Origin: Sulfuricurvum sp. | GTDB taxonomy: Bacteria; Campylobacterota; Campylobacteria; Campylobacterales; Sulfurimonadaceae | NCBI GenBank assembly: GCA_030694265.1 | Contig: JAUXYP010000020.1 | Span: forward strand, 36,862-100,861 | DNA length: 64,000 bases | Direction: 5' to 3' | Shown here: piece after piece, positions 39,029 to 50,165 of the stretch | Layout of the letters: every line of letters starts with the position of its first letter | Numbering within the stretch: position 1 is the first letter of the stretch | Translations under genes and position numbers: made by a program | Notes under the pieces: model-generated | What the model was told of the DNA's origin: nothing | Database searches by the model: none | Seen by the model: the letters and a program-made list of their open reading frames with translations, nothing else

Positions 39029-39616
39029 ATGTTTGAAGCAATTGCTTTTTATCTGTTTGCGGCATTAACGATTGGAATGTTTACGATTACGGTTATGACC
39101 TCACAAGCGTTGTATGCACTTACCGCAATGGCTGCGGGAATGATTTTTATCTCAGCCTTCTTCTTTATACTAGGGGCTGATTTTTTAGGTGTCATTCAAA
39201 TTATCGTTTATACAGGTGCCGTAATGGCATTGTATGCATTTGGTATGATGTTTTTTGATACAACACGCACGCTGGTGGAAAAACGTGAAAACCCGAGAAC
39301 TATTTTCTTATTGGGTGTTATAGCAGCTACTTTGGTAGTGTTTATCGTCATTTCACCCATTATTTCTACCCATTTGGAAGCACGTTATCCAATTGAAGCG
39401 GCTCTGGGGAATTCTCAAGCTATCGGATTGATTTTATTCACCAAGTTTTTGGTTCCATTTGAAGTTGCAGCGGTTATGTTATTGGTTGCAATGATAGCGG
39501 GTATCGTATTAGCAGGTAAGAAAATGGATAAATCACTGACGTTAATGGCTGAGGAAGAGATTGCACTTATGAGTGCAGCGCAGACAAAGCCAGATAGCCA
39601 AGAAGGAGCACACTGA
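39029..39616 (+). CDS. nuoJ: NADH-quinone oxidoreductase subunit J
   Basis: 195-aa hydrophobic protein in the canonical operon position. AAGGAG RBS. Confidence 0.9.
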   Translation: MFEAIAFYLFAALTIGMFTITVMTSQALYALTAMAAGMIFISAFFFILGADFLGVIQIIVYTGAVMALYAFGMMFFDTTRTLVEKRENPRTIFLLGVIAATLVVFIVISPIISTHLEARYPIEAALGNSQAIGLILFTKFLVPFEVAAVMLLVAMIAGIVLAGKKMDKSLTLMAEEEIALMSAAQTKPDSQEGAH

Positions 39617-39921
39617 TGGAAATAACATTAGCGCACTACTTAGTACTTTCAAGTGTACTATTCGCGATTGGTCTCATTGGGGTTATGCGTCGTAAAAATT
39701 TGCTTATGCTATTTTTTGCAACGGAAATATTATTGAACGCAACGAACATTGGTTTTGCAGCCATTGCGCACTTTCATAATGATTTAACAGGTCAGATGTT
39801 TGCCTTCTTTGTTATTGCAATCGCTGCGTCTGAAGTTGCGGTTGGACTTGGCTTATTGATCGTATGGTACAAGCGTACGGGCAAGATCGACCTAGATATT
39901 ATGACATCGATGCGAGGGTAA
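39616..39921 (+). CDS. nuoK: NADH-quinone oxidoreductase subunit K
   Basis: 101-aa protein with 3 TM helices and the conserved membrane Glu residues (ATEILLNA; AASEVAVGL). TGATG overlap with nuoJ. Confidence 0.9.
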   Translation: MEITLAHYLVLSSVLFAIGLIGVMRRKNLLMLFFATEILLNATNIGFAAIAHFHNDLTGQMFAFFVIAIAASEVAVGLGLLIVWYKRTGKIDLDIMTSMRG

Positions 39922-39924
39922 GCA

Positions 39925-41814
39925 ATGGAAATCTATTTATACATCGCACTTTTTGCGCCGTTAGCAGGTTCACTGTTTGCTGCACTTTTTGGTGCTTCAC
40001 CTAAGACAAGTCTAACGGGAATCGTTGCCTCTGGATTGTTATTTATTTCATTTGTCAGCAGTGCTATATTGCTCAATTATGTGGTGGCGGGGCATACCGT
40101 TCACGTAGAAATGATGACGTGGATTGCTACGGGAGATCTTTATATCCCGTTTGGATTTGTGGTTGATCAAGTAAGTGTCGTCATGATGATGGTGGTCAGT
40201 ATTGTTTCTACAATCGTACACATTTACTCTGTGGGCTATATGGATCATGACAAAGGGTTCAACCGTTTTTTCTCATACCTTTCAGCATTCGTATTTTCGA
40301 TGATGGTATTGGTTATGAGTGATAATTTCCTGGGTCTGTTTATCGGATGGGAAGGGGTCGGTCTGTGCTCATGGCTGCTGATTGGTTTTTGGTATCATAA
40401 AGAATCGGCTACTTGGGCTGCCAATGAAGCATTTATTATGAACCGTATTGCTGACTTGGCCATGTTGATTGGTATCTTTATTATTTACTGGAATATCGGT
40501 TCATTGCAGTACGATGTCGTTTTCTCTGATATAGCGAATTTACCAATGCCAATTATTACATGGATCGGTATTTTCCTCTTTATCGGTGCGATGGGGAAAT
40601 CGGCGCAGTTTCCGCTACATACATGGTTGGCGGATGCAATGGAAGGTCCTACTCCCGTTTCTGCTTTGATTCATGCAGCAACGATGGTAACCGCCGGTGT
40701 TTATTTGGTCGTTCGTGCGAATCCAATTTACGACCTTATTCCAGAGGTTGGTACGGTGATCGCCTCATTAGGTGCGTTTGTTGCTATGTTCGCGGCAACT
40801 ATGGCATTGGTCAACCGTGATATGAAACGTATTATTGCGTATTCAACATTGTCACAATTAGGTTATATGTTTGTGGCAGCAGGTTTAGGTGCGTACTGGG
40901 TAGCATTGTTTCATCTTATGGCCCATGCTTTCTTTAAAGCATTGCTATTTTTGGGTGCAGGTAATGTTATGCACGCAATGCACGATGAATTGGACCCGTT
41001 TAAAATGGGTGGTTTGAAAAAACCGATGAAATGGACATGGATTCTTATGACGTTGGCATCGGTCGCATTGGCGGGTATCTATCCATTAGCCGGATTCTTT
41101 TCAAAAGATCTGATTTTGGAAGTGGCATTTGTAGAGCAACACTATATTCTTTACAGTGTATTGCTAGCGACTGCCGGTTTGACCGCATTTTATTCATTCC
41201 GTCTTGTTGCCTTGATCTTCCACGGAGATGAGCGACATTTAGAACACGGAATTCATCCGCACGAAGCGTATAACTTTATGTTGTATGCTATGGCGCCATT
41301 GGGAGTGCTGGCAGTCATTGCTGGTATGGTCTTTAAAACACCGTACTATGAAATGGTTACCCAGCTTTTACCGGCGATTGAATACCATATTCATAACCAT
41401 ACGACATTTTGGATTATGACGATTGGGACGCAATTATTTGTCATCGCAGCCATCGCTTATGCGTATAAAAAATACGCAAAAGCGGTTAAAGTGGATGCAA
41501 AAGTGGAGTCAGGCTTTTTCTATCAACTGCTATATAACCAATACTACATTCCAAAACTCTATGATGAGTTATTTTCGAAGCCGTACCGTGAGCTGTCGAA
41601 AATTGCATGGAAACAAATTGATCTTAAAATCGTTGATGCAACGGTGGATGGAATCGCGAATGTCATCTATCGTACGGGTGAAAAAACACATACCATGCAA
41701 AACGGTAACCTATCGAGCATGTTGCGCTGGATGGTTATTGGTTTAGTGGTTTTATTGGTACTCGCTATCGCATTTACTGTTGGATACAACGCAGTAACAA
41801 TGCGGGCGATGTAA
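39925..41814 (+). CDS. nuoL: NADH-quinone oxidoreductase subunit L
   Basis: 629-aa antiporter-like subunit with WEGVGLCS, GKSAQFPLHTWL and ALIHAATMV motifs. Confidence 0.95.
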   Translation: MEIYLYIALFAPLAGSLFAALFGASPKTSLTGIVASGLLFISFVSSAILLNYVVAGHTVHVEMMTWIATGDLYIPFGFVVDQVSVVMMMVVSIVSTIVHIYSVGYMDHDKGFNRFFSYLSAFVFSMMVLVMSDNFLGLFIGWEGVGLCSWLLIGFWYHKESATWAANEAFIMNRIADLAMLIGIFIIYWNIGSLQYDVVFSDIANLPMPIITWIGIFLFIGAMGKSAQFPLHTWLADAMEGPTPVSALIHAATMVTAGVYLVVRANPIYDLIPEVGTVIASLGAFVAMFAATMALVNRDMKRIIAYSTLSQLGYMFVAAGLGAYWVALFHLMAHAFFKALLFLGAGNVMHAMHDELDPFKMGGLKKPMKWTWILMTLASVALAGIYPLAGFFSKDLILEVAFVEQHYILYSVLLATAGLTAFYSFRLVALIFHGDERHLEHGIHPHEAYNFMLYAMAPLGVLAVIAGMVFKTPYYEMVTQLLPAIEYHIHNHTTFWIMTIGTQLFVIAAIAYAYKKYAKAVKVDAKVESGFFYQLLYNQYYIPKLYDELFSKPYRELSKIAWKQIDLKIVDATVDGIANVIYRTGEKTHTMQNGNLSSMLRWMVIGLVVLLVLAIAFTVGYNAVTMRAM

Positions 41815-41824
41815 GGAGCTGTTG

Positions 41825-43372
41825 ATGCAAGAACACATTTTATCGATCTTAATTTTCTTTCCGGCATTGGCAGCAATGCTCGGTTTCATCGTTCATAAAG
41901 ACAGCGCGAGAGCTTATGGTATTACCGTTGCTGCTATTGAATTTTTTCTCTCTTTGTTGTTGTGGAATCTGTATGATCCAATGACATCTGGAATGCAGTT
42001 TATGGAAAAAGCACCCCTTGTTTCGGCATTCGGTATCAATTACCTTGTCGGTATCGATGGCATTTCTTTGTTCATCATCGTGCTATCAACTTTTTTTACA
42101 ATGATCGGAATTGCCTCATTAACGGAAACACGTCGTGTTAAAGATTTAATTATCACTTTGCTCTTTTTGGAAATGACAATGGTCGGCGTTTTTGCGGCAT
42201 TGGATGCGATCATCTTTTATGTATTTTGGGAACTTTCGTTGATTCCAATGTTGTACATTATTGGCGCATGGGGCGGACCGCTTCGTATTTACGCATCAAT
42301 CAAGTTTTTCTTATATACCTTTACGGGTTCACTCGTCATGTTGGTGGGTATGCTGTTTATGGCGTATTTCTATTATCAAGCGACAGGACAGTGGAGTTTC
42401 TCACTTCTCGAGTGGTATCGCTTGATTTTACCGCTTAATTTTCAACTTTGGCTGTTTGCAGCATTTTTTGTTGGATTTGCAATTAAAGTACCGATGTTTC
42501 CGTTTCATACATGGTTGCCATATGCCCATGGACAAGCTCCAACAATCGGTTCGGTTATCCTAGCAGCAATATTACTTAAAATGGGTACCTATGCGTTTGT
42601 CCGTTTTTCATTGCCATTATTTCCGGATGCAGCTGTTTTCTTTATGTTTCCGATTGCGGCACTTGCGATAATCATGATTGTTTACACGGCAATGGTAGCG
42701 TATGCACAAGAGGATATTAAGCAAGTCGTAGCGTACAGCTCTGTATCGCATATGGGAGTCATTGTACTAGGTACCTTTGCACTCAATGTTGAGGGTATAA
42801 GCGGATCTATTTTCTTGATGATTGCGCATGGAGTTGTTTCTGGTGCATTGTTCTTACTTGTAGGAGTGATTTATGATCGTCGTCATACCAAACTGATGTC
42901 TGAATTTGGTGGACTCGCATCCGTGATGCCGCGTTATGCCACTATTTTTGGAATTATGATGATGGCATCCGTCGGTTTGCCATTGACGATTAATTTTGTC
43001 GGTGAATTTTTGAGTTTACTTGGATTTTACAAACAATCTCATTCGTTTACGCTAGTAGCAGGAACGGCTATTATCGTAGGTGCTATTTATATGCTTAGTG
43101 CGTATAAAAAAATGTTTTTTGGTAATGTAACTAAAGAAGAAAATAAAAATTTAAAAGATGTGAATAAAACCGAATTATTAGCATTAGTACCATTGGTCGT
43201 TATTACGATTTGGCTAGGTGTTTATCCAAAACCTATTCTAGAACCTATTAGTAACAGTGTAGAATCTATCGTGCAGTTAATGCATGACAAAGCACAAACA
43301 AAAGAAGCACAAGCTCGTATCCCGAATCTTAGCAATCCAGAAGCTAAGAATTCACAACAGGAGACACACTAA
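41825..43372 (+). CDS. nuoM: NADH-quinone oxidoreductase subunit M
   Basis: Antiporter-like subunit with FPFHTWLP and SHMG motifs. The ATG at 41825 lies 6 nt after AAGGAG. A TTG at 41822 is an alternative start. Confidence 0.9.
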   Translation: MQEHILSILIFFPALAAMLGFIVHKDSARAYGITVAAIEFFLSLLLWNLYDPMTSGMQFMEKAPLVSAFGINYLVGIDGISLFIIVLSTFFTMIGIASLTETRRVKDLIITLLFLEMTMVGVFAALDAIIFYVFWELSLIPMLYIIGAWGGPLRIYASIKFFLYTFTGSLVMLVGMLFMAYFYYQATGQWSFSLLEWYRLILPLNFQLWLFAAFFVGFAIKVPMFPFHTWLPYAHGQAPTIGSVILAAILLKMGTYAFVRFSLPLFPDAAVFFMFPIAALAIIMIVYTAMVAYAQEDIKQVVAYSSVSHMGVIVLGTFALNVEGISGSIFLMIAHGVVSGALFLLVGVIYDRRHTKLMSEFGGLASVMPRYATIFGIMMMASVGLPLTINFVGEFLSLLGFYKQSHSFTLVAGTAIIVGAIYMLSAYKKMFFGNVTKEENKNLKDVNKTELLALVPLVVITIWLGVYPKPILEPISNSVESIVQLMHDKAQTKEAQARIPNLSNPEAKNSQQETH

Positions 43373-44877
43373 TGTTAGAACCTATCAATGTTTCTCTAGC
43401 GTCACTGAACATCACAACATTAGCACCGATGCTAATTGCTATCGTTGGTGCACTTACAATTCTTTGTATTGATTTGATCAAAGGAGGGCTTCATAAGTCT
43501 TTCTATGTCATGGTGAGTTCACTTTTTTTATTGCTTGATCTGGGAACAGTTATCGATTTTGGCAATATTTTTCTAAAAAATGGGCCTGTATTGGGTATGT
43601 TTGATATGATGCTCATTGATGGTCTTGCCATCATGGGTCAGATTATTATAGTAGCCGGTTCAATGTTGTTTATTCCATTGGCATTAACGTCGAAACGTTT
43701 TCATGAGTATAATTACCCTGAGTATTTTGCTCTCTTTTTGTTCATGATTGCAGGCTTCCAATTTATGGTGGCAACGGATAATTTGATTTTGATTTTTGTC
43801 GGACTTGAAACAGCATCATTGGCATTGTATGCATTGATTGCTTTGCACAATCGGTCTAAATCATTTGAAGCGGCGGTGAAATACTTCACAATGGGCGCAT
43901 TGGCTGCAGGCTTTTTTGCTTTCGGTTCTATGATACTGTATGCAATTACTGGTTCGATTGAGATAAATCAAATCGCCTCCGTGTTGGCGGGCGATCATTA
44001 TGCAAATATCGGGTACGTTTTAGTTGCGGTATCCTTTATGTTAGCTGCATTTGGATTCAAACTTTCAATGGTTCCTTTTCATACATGGACTCCCGACGTA
44101 TATGAGGGTTCCAGTGCTGCACTGGCTGGATACATGTCCATTGTCCCTAAAATTGCAGGGTTTATTGTTGCCATGCGTTTGTTTGAATTCTTGGTTCACA
44201 GCGGTGTGGTATGGCTGCAAGTTATCCTTTACATTGCGGTTGTAATTACCATGACGGCATCTAATATTTGGGCTATGGTACAAACGGATGTTAAGCGTAT
44301 GTTAGCGTACAGCTCGATTTCTCATGCCGGTTTTGTAATGGCGGCTATTTTGATAGGGACTACCCAATCCAATACAGCACTTTTCTTATACTGGGCTTTG
44401 TTTAGCTTTACCAATCTTGGTGCCTTTACGATGTTATGGGTAAGCCGTCAGAAGAATCTTCTCCCAGGTCAGAGTTCAGACCATCCATTTGAGAAGTTCT
44501 CCGGATTGATTAAGACAATGCCGATGGCAGCAATTATGATGGGCTTATTTATGCTTTCTCTCGCAGGTATACCGCCGTTTGGGTTGTTTTGGGGTAAGAT
44601 TTATATCATAGCTTCAGCAGTAACAGGCGGATATACGGTTCTCGCACTAATCATGGCGTTGAATTCGGCGCTTGCTGCGTATTACTATCTAAAGTTAATT
44701 GTATTTATGTTTATGAAAGAGCCTGTTATCGGGTATGAGAAGTATTATTTGACGAATGCATCAGCTTCACTTAAAACAATTATCGGGGTTGCAGCTATTG
44801 GGACAATCTTTGCTGTATTTGCCGTTAACCCACTTTTAAAAGTCATAACATTATTCGTGTATAATAGCGGTTACTAA
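43372..44877 (+). CDS. nuoN: NADH-quinone oxidoreductase subunit N
   Basis: 501-aa antiporter-like subunit with [18 protein letters not shown] overlap with nuoM. Confidence 0.9.
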   Translation: MLEPINVSLASLNITTLAPMLIAIVGALTILCIDLIKGGLHKSFYVMVSSLFLLLDLGTVIDFGNIFLKNGPVLGMFDMMLIDGLAIMGQIIIVAGSMLFIPLALTSKRFHEYNYPEYFALFLFMIAGFQFMVATDNLILIFVGLETASLALYALIALHNRSKSFEAAVKYFTMGALAAGFFAFGSMILYAITGSIEINQIASVLAGDHYANIGYVLVAVSFMLAAFGFKLSMVPFHTWTPDVYEGSSAALAGYMSIVPKIAGFIVAMRLFEFLVHSGVVWLQVILYIAVVITMTASNIWAMVQTDVKRMLAYSSISHAGFVMAAILIGTTQSNTALFLYWALFSFTNLGAFTMLWVSRQKNLLPGQSSDHPFEKFSGLIKTMPMAAIMMGLFMLSLAGIPPFGLFWGKIYIIASAVTGGYTVLALIMALNSALAAYYYLKLIVFMFMKEPVIGYEKYYLTNASASLKTIIGVAAIGTIFAVFAVNPLLKVITLFVYNSGY

Positions 44878-44898
44878 GTTTACTTTATAGGGGGAAGT

Positions 44899-47256
44899 TT
44901 GAAGCACTGGTTACTACTTTCCCTGTGGCTGCCTCTGTGTGCTTTGGATCTGTCGATCCAAAGCGGCAAAGAAGAGCAAAAGTCTTACAGTATCTTACAT
45001 TTGAATGATGTCAGTAACTTTACATGTTTGCCAACACGTAATGATTATAATGAAATAGTACGTATTGAATGTAAAATTCCAAAAGCATCTTCATCCACCT
45101 TTTCTCCTATTAATAATGCACATTTCACGGTTGAGTATAAAGCAGGTTCATTTGGGTATACGATTCTTATTACCCCAAAAACAAAAGTAGCACTTTATGC
45201 TGATAGCTTTGATTTGCGCAAAGATCCCCAAATATATGTTTCTGCTCTTAAACCAACTAAGCGCTGGAGCGTATTAGGGTATACAGACACCATTCCATTG
45301 CTTGGTTCTGAACAAAAGAAGTCTGATACCCTTAACCTACCTATACGCAGTGCTAAAGAAACATATCCTTATGTGGGAGGATTGGATTTAAAGGGAAATC
45401 CAATCAAGATGAGCCGTATTCAAGATGTTAATGACTATATGGAACTCAAAAAAACGTATAAAAATGAGGAGTATTCCAAAACATTATCCTTGGCAAAAAA
45501 AACATTGGACAAATATCCAAATACAATTTTCAAAAATGAACTGTTACTGTATCAGATTCGGGCATTGCATTTCCTAGATGAAAACGAGCAACTTTTACCG
45601 TTAGCAAAACAATTTATTCGCCAGTATTCAGGAGATCAAGCAATTGCAGAGGTATTGGCATATACAGGCGATGCTTACAGTAAGATAGGCCAAACTGGCG
45701 ATTCCGATTATTTTTACAAGCGGCTTTTTTCGGAATACGCAGACAGTCCATTTGCTACAAAAGGGATGTTTTTAAAAGCGCAGCAATTAGAAGTTTCAGG
45801 AAAGCCAAAACCGGCAGCTCAATATTATCGTCAAGTATTAGAGAAAACAAAAGATGTTGATTTGGCATCTGCCGCGGCATTTAAACTGGCAAATATTGAC
45901 ATTGGATTTGGTCACTTGGATAAGGCCAAAATCTACATAGATAAAATAGTGCGTGCTCATCCAGATTATTTTAGTAAAGAACGGGAACAATCGGTGCGTA
46001 TGATAAATACGTACACTCAAAATAAAGATTCAAAAACAGCGGCGAAGATAACCCTTTGTTTGATGGAAAAAAGTCTTAAAAAATCAGATGAGCATCAAGC
46101 TTTGCTTAAAAACTTGGGATTGCTCTACGCGGCTTCAGGGGAAAAAGAGAAAGCGTTGGAGCGTTTTGATGAGTATCTTAAACTTTATCCTTATGGTGCG
46201 GGAATAAACGAGATCAAGCATGCAAAAGATGGGCTGTTTTTCGAAAAGAGTGAACCAAAAGGGCAAGAGGGGATAAAAAAATACAATGACTTGATCGATC
46301 GCTATGGAAATGATGCGGTTGGGCAAAAAGCATTGTACAAAAAAGCACAGCTTTTATTCAAAGAAGAAAAATTTCAAGAAGTGCTTGATATAGAGAGCGA
46401 TCTGTATCGATTGAATACTAAAGACTTCCCGGATATTAATACGATTATCGGACAAAGTGCCATTGCCTTAACCAAGAAAAAACTGCAAGCGCTAAAATGT
46501 TCGGAAGCGATAACATTGCATACAATGTATCGTATCAAGCTACAACCTCAATGGGATGGACTGACGTTTGATTGTGCACTGAGAATGGGTAATTTTCCAG
46601 TTGCTAAAAAGATTGCCATGCCGCATCTAAAAGCCGCTACTATTGCAGAGCGTCAGGTTTGGCTTTCACGATTGGCAAAAGCTCATTTTGCGCTTGGTGA
46701 GTACAAAGAAGCAATACGTTCAGGTAAAGAAGCGGTTGCACTATTGGAAGCACAAAAAAATCCGCCGCTAAATGATGTCTATCGGACGCTTTTTGATGCG
46801 GCAGAGCGTCTGGGCGATGATGTAAAAATGATTGAGTATATAAAAGGGTGTGAGAGTGCATTCGGCACAGATTTTGCAGATATCGAACGCTATACGCAAA
46901 TGGTCAGTGTTGGATTAAAGCGAAAAGATGAAGTGCTAGTGCAAAATTATGCTAACCGAGTTGTTGCATTGCAAAATCGGACGAAAACCTATACCCAATC
47001 ACCCTTTATTGAGTTTACATTGGCACAGTCTCTGATCAATCAAGAGAAAAACAATGAGGCACTTCAAGTGCTTAAAAGTTTAAACGCGCAAAAGTTAACA
47101 CCTGAAAAACGATCACGCCAACAGTATCTTATGGGATCATTGGCTATGAAGCTTGGAAAGACAGCCCAAGCAAAAGCATCGTTTGGCGCGAGTATCAAAG
47201 CAGACGGAAAATCTGCATGGGGCAAACTTGCTAAAGATGCATTAGGGTTGCTGTAA
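44899..47256 (+). CDS. pflA: Periplasmic TPR-repeat protein, PflA-like (flagellar motor scaffold)
   Basis: 785-aa ORF with a signal peptide and multiple TPR-like repeats. Its size and its position directly downstream of nuoN match C. jejuni pflA. TTG start with AGGGGGA RBS. Confidence 0.6.
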   Translation: MKHWLLLSLWLPLCALDLSIQSGKEEQKSYSILHLNDVSNFTCLPTRNDYNEIVRIECKIPKASSSTFSPINNAHFTVEYKAGSFGYTILITPKTKVALYADSFDLRKDPQIYVSALKPTKRWSVLGYTDTIPLLGSEQKKSDTLNLPIRSAKETYPYVGGLDLKGNPIKMSRIQDVNDYMELKKTYKNEEYSKTLSLAKKTLDKYPNTIFKNELLLYQIRALHFLDENEQLLPLAKQFIRQYSGDQAIAEVLAYTGDAYSKIGQTGDSDYFYKRLFSEYADSPFATKGMFLKAQQLEVSGKPKPAAQYYRQVLEKTKDVDLASAAAFKLANIDIGFGHLDKAKIYIDKIVRAHPDYFSKEREQSVRMINTYTQNKDSKTAAKITLCLMEKSLKKSDEHQALLKNLGLLYAASGEKEKALERFDEYLKLYPYGAGINEIKHAKDGLFFEKSEPKGQEGIKKYNDLIDRYGNDAVGQKALYKKAQLLFKEEKFQEVLDIESDLYRLNTKDFPDINTIIGQSAIALTKKKLQALKCSEAITLHTMYRIKLQPQWDGLTFDCALRMGNFPVAKKIAMPHLKAATIAERQVWLSRLAKAHFALGEYKEAIRSGKEAVALLEAQKNPPLNDVYRTLFDAAERLGDDVKMIEYIKGCESAFGTDFADIERYTQMVSVGLKRKDEVLVQNYANRVVALQNRTKTYTQSPFIEFTLAQSLINQEKNNEALQVLKSLNAQKLTPEKRSRQQYLMGSLAMKLGKTAQAKASFGASIKADGKSAWGKLAKDALGLL

Positions 47257-48150
47257 AAGCGTTTCTCCTATAGAATAAAGCTCCTTAGCACTTTGGCTTG
47301 CTGTTAGGGTAAATTGATGCGTGTTAAACGTCTGTTGGCGTTTTGCGAGTTGTGCCGTATGCGTTGAGATGAGTTGAAATAACTCTTGTTTCGAGCATTT
47401 TCCATCTAAATAATCAAGTGTTTCAATCATACCGATAGCTTTCATACTGTTAGGATGGCGTCCATAAAGCTGTTCACACTTTGCCACTTCGTCAATGAGT
47501 CCATTACCAATCATTAGTTGTGTACGTAAAGCAATCCGCTCCCGCAAATAAGCACGCTCAACATCAATGTTTAAAATAGGGCATTGGGTAATGACGCTAA
47601 GGGGCGGATGCATTTCAAACCATTGTGATGGGGGCGTTTTGGTCTGTAAATACAAATGGAGCATTTTTTCAATGCGGTAGCGATCGGTAGTGGTAATAGT
47701 AGACATAGTGAGGGGATCAATGTTGGCTAAAAAGCGATGCGCGTTAAGGGTATTTTCTAAAAGGAAAGAGGCTTCTTCCCGAATAGCATGGGTGATCACT
47801 GGAATAGGGGAAAGTCCATCAATCATGCTTTTGAGATAAAAACTGCTTCCGCCGACAATGATTAGGTTTTTACAATTTTCTTGTGCATAGGTAGAGGCAC
47901 GATGGTATTCATGGATAAACGTAAATACACTGGCTGTTTCATCCGGACGAAGAATGTCAATGCCGAAATGTTTGATAAGAGAGAGTTCATCCTTAGTCGG
48001 TTTAGCTGATGCAATATTGATATCGGTATAGATAGAGAGGGAATCGATGGAGAGGATTACGGCATTGCACGAGAGGGCCAAGTCTAAGGCAAGGCTACTT
48101 TTTCCTGAAGCGGTAGAACCGATAATTGCCAACTGTTTCATAAATGCCAT
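47242..48150 (-). CDS. miaA: tRNA dimethylallyltransferase
   Basis: P-loop GSTASGKS close to the N-terminus when the start is MAFMKQLAIIG (AAGG 5 nt upstream). The 3' end overlaps the pflA-like gene by 15 nt (convergent). Confidence 0.88.
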   Translation of the reverse strand: MAFMKQLAIIGSTASGKSSLALDLALSCNAVILSIDSLSIYTDINIASAKPTKDELSLIKHFGIDILRPDETASVFTFIHEYHRASTYAQENCKNLIIVGGSSFYLKSMIDGLSPIPVITHAIREEASFLLENTLNAHRFLANIDPLTMSTITTTDRYRIEKMLHLYLQTKTPPSQWFEMHPPLSVITQCPILNIDVERAYLRERIALRTQLMIGNGLIDEVAKCEQLYGRHPNSMKAIGMIETLDYLDGKCSKQELFQLISTHTAQLAKRQQTFNTHQFTLTASQSAKELYSIGETLLQQP

Positions 48151-48258
48151 TATACCTTGTAGGGAACAAGAACCTCTAATGAGGTACCCTGAAGAGGTGT
48201 CACAAAGAGAAATTACGCTAAAATAGAATCTAATGATAAAAAATGAATAAGGAAGCCC

Positions 48259-49119
48259 GTGCAACGTCTTGCAAAACGACTCCGAGATTTTAATGAACTG
48301 GTTATGTTTCAGCATTCCGTATTTTCCCTTCCCTTTATTTTTATTGCGATGATAGTGGCCTCAAAAGGGTGGTTTGGATTTAAATTGCTGCTGCTTGGTG
48401 GTTTGGCTGCGATTAGTGCCCGTAATGCTGCAATGGGGTTCAATCGGTATGTGGATCGATCTTTTGATGTTATGAATCCACGAACTGCTGGAAGACCGAG
48501 CGTAGATGGCAGGCTTAGTGCGGTTTCTATTGCCATATTTACCGCTGTGAATGCGCTAGTTTTTATAGGGGTATCGTATATCATCAATGATTTGGCATTT
48601 TATGTAAGCGTACCGGTACTGCTTGTTTTATTGAGCTACTCCTATTTTAAACGCTTTAGCTTGATGGCGCACATTGTGTTGGGTATATCGCTTGGGCTTG
48701 CGCCAATTGCGGGAGCTATCGCGGTGAGTGCAACAATACCCCTGTGGTCAATTTGGCTTTCTATGGGTGTTGTCTTTTGGGTGGCAGGTTTTGATCTGCT
48801 CTATTCGCTTCAGGATATGGAGTTTGATCGTGATCGTGGTTTACACTCAATTCCTTCACGATATGGGAGCACGACAACCCTTCGTGTATCCTTATTTTTC
48901 CACGCGTTAACACTCGTTTTTTGGACGTTGTTTGTGGTCGAAGGCGGTTTGGGAATGGTTGCTTATTTGGCCATCTTGTTTTCGATTCTTATGTTAGGAT
49001 ACGAACATTATTTGGTTCGTTTGGATTTTACAAAAATTAACAGGGCTTTTTTTACAGTAAACGGGTATCTAGGATTTGTTTTTTTTGGATGTATTATTTT
49101 AGATAAGGTGATGGGATGA
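48259..49119 (+). CDS. UbiA-family aromatic prenyltransferase (quinone biosynthesis)
   Basis: 286-aa polytopic protein with the Asp-rich motifs NRYVDRSFD and DMEFDRDRG. GTG start preceding the family-typical L.DF.EL..F.H.VF.LPF segment. Confidence 0.8.
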   Translation: MQRLAKRLRDFNELVMFQHSVFSLPFIFIAMIVASKGWFGFKLLLLGGLAAISARNAAMGFNRYVDRSFDVMNPRTAGRPSVDGRLSAVSIAIFTAVNALVFIGVSYIINDLAFYVSVPVLLVLLSYSYFKRFSLMAHIVLGISLGLAPIAGAIAVSATIPLWSIWLSMGVVFWVAGFDLLYSLQDMEFDRDRGLHSIPSRYGSTTTLRVSLFFHALTLVFWTLFVVEGGLGMVAYLAILFSILMLGYEHYLVRLDFTKINRAFFTVNGYLGFVFFGCIILDKVMG

Positions 49120-49637
49120 ACGAAGTACATTTGATTGAAGCTCCCCTAGAAGTTGAATTTGACATCGCAGAGAGTAATCTCCAAGATTTTGAACGAGAAT
49201 ACGACACCATCGGCGAAAGTGATGATGACGCGATAGGGCAGTGGCTTCGGGTAGCAAAAGCAAAAGGGGAAACGAGCGACAGTGACCCTGTGGTACTGCA
49301 CCTCATTGTCGAGCTTTATCGTAAAATAGATCGATTGGAACAAATCATTACTGATAGTGTACCAACGTACTTCCCTTTGCATCACAAAGAGCTCATTAGC
49401 CGAATCGGCTTCGAGCATTTTGAAATTAGTGAGCCATTGTTTCAGCAGGGAAAACGGTATTATGGGCGTATCGTATTGCCGCTTCAAAATAAAAAAGTGG
49501 TCCCGTTGTATTTTGAGGCACAGAGTACGACATTGGCTAAAATTGTCCGTGTTCATTCAAGAGATGAGAAGGAATGGGGCGCCTATGCGATGTCCAGAGA
49601 ACGCCTTAAGATACGTCAGCTAAAGGGGAATGTGTAA
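49116..49637 (+). CDS. Hypothetical protein with degenerate PilZ-like motifs
   Basis: 173-aa ORF coupled to the prenyltransferase gene by an ATGA overlap. RKIDR (RxxxR) is followed 22 residues later by LISRIG (xxSxxG). Confidence 0.5.
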   Translation: MNEVHLIEAPLEVEFDIAESNLQDFEREYDTIGESDDDAIGQWLRVAKAKGETSDSDPVVLHLIVELYRKIDRLEQIITDSVPTYFPLHHKELISRIGFEHFEISEPLFQQGKRYYGRIVLPLQNKKVVPLYFEAQSTTLAKIVRVHSRDEKEWGAYAMSRERLKIRQLKGNV

Positions 49638-49638
49638 T

Positions 49639-50148
49639 ATGGGAATTGAACTGGTCATTATTGCACTTGCTGTTTTAATTTTGGGATTGACCTATTATTC
49701 AGTGAACAAAGAAAATGAAGTAAACACAAAACTTCGTGCCATTGCCCACGCGGTAGAAGAGTTACACCGCGAGGTTTATAAATTGGATAAGCGTGTAACC
49801 CAAGAGTTGGAAATCATAACGTCACTGCAAGAGACGCTCCCTGAAACGGCACGTATTACCAATGCCAAAGTTGATCAGGACATGAGCGAAATGTCTGTTC
49901 CGATTATGGAGGCATTAGGACACATAGAAGGGACGTTTACAGCATACAAAGAAAAAACTGAGAATCGTTTACGTTATCTGGAAGAGCGGATTCGAAACCT
50001 TTCATTGCCTACCTCTATTAGCGGAATGGATGACGAAAAAGTGATTAGTCGATACAATCAGGGGATGGAAGTGGATGTGATAGCCAAAGAGCTCCGCCTC
50101 TCAAAGCCAGAGGTAGAATTCGTTTTAAAAATTAACCAACTCAGATAG
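49639..50148 (+). CDS. Membrane-anchored coiled-coil protein with a C-terminal HTH-like segment (DUF2802-like pattern)
   Basis: One N-terminal TM helix, coiled-coil region, and C-terminal GMEVDVIAKELRLSKPEVEFVLKI. Start chosen at MGIELV with an AAGGGGA RBS. Confidence 0.55.
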   Translation: MGIELVIIALAVLILGLTYYSVNKENEVNTKLRAIAHAVEELHREVYKLDKRVTQELEIITSLQETLPETARITNAKVDQDMSEMSVPIMEALGHIEGTFTAYKEKTENRLRYLEERIRNLSLPTSISGMDDEKVISRYNQGMEVDVIAKELRLSKPEVEFVLKINQLR

Positions 50149-50165
50149 TTATAAGCTTTAAAAGG

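Noticed and set aside
40048-41876. Alternative-frame and antisense ORFs of 62-107 aa within nuoL and nuoM
   Set aside because: They are embedded in strongly supported antiporter-like subunit genes, and none has a start context or motifs.
48151-48315. 55-codon N-terminal extension of miaA (357-aa ORF-track version)
   Set aside because: The MiaA P-loop should lie near the N-terminus. The extension would run through the divergent promoter region and into the start of the ubiA-family gene.
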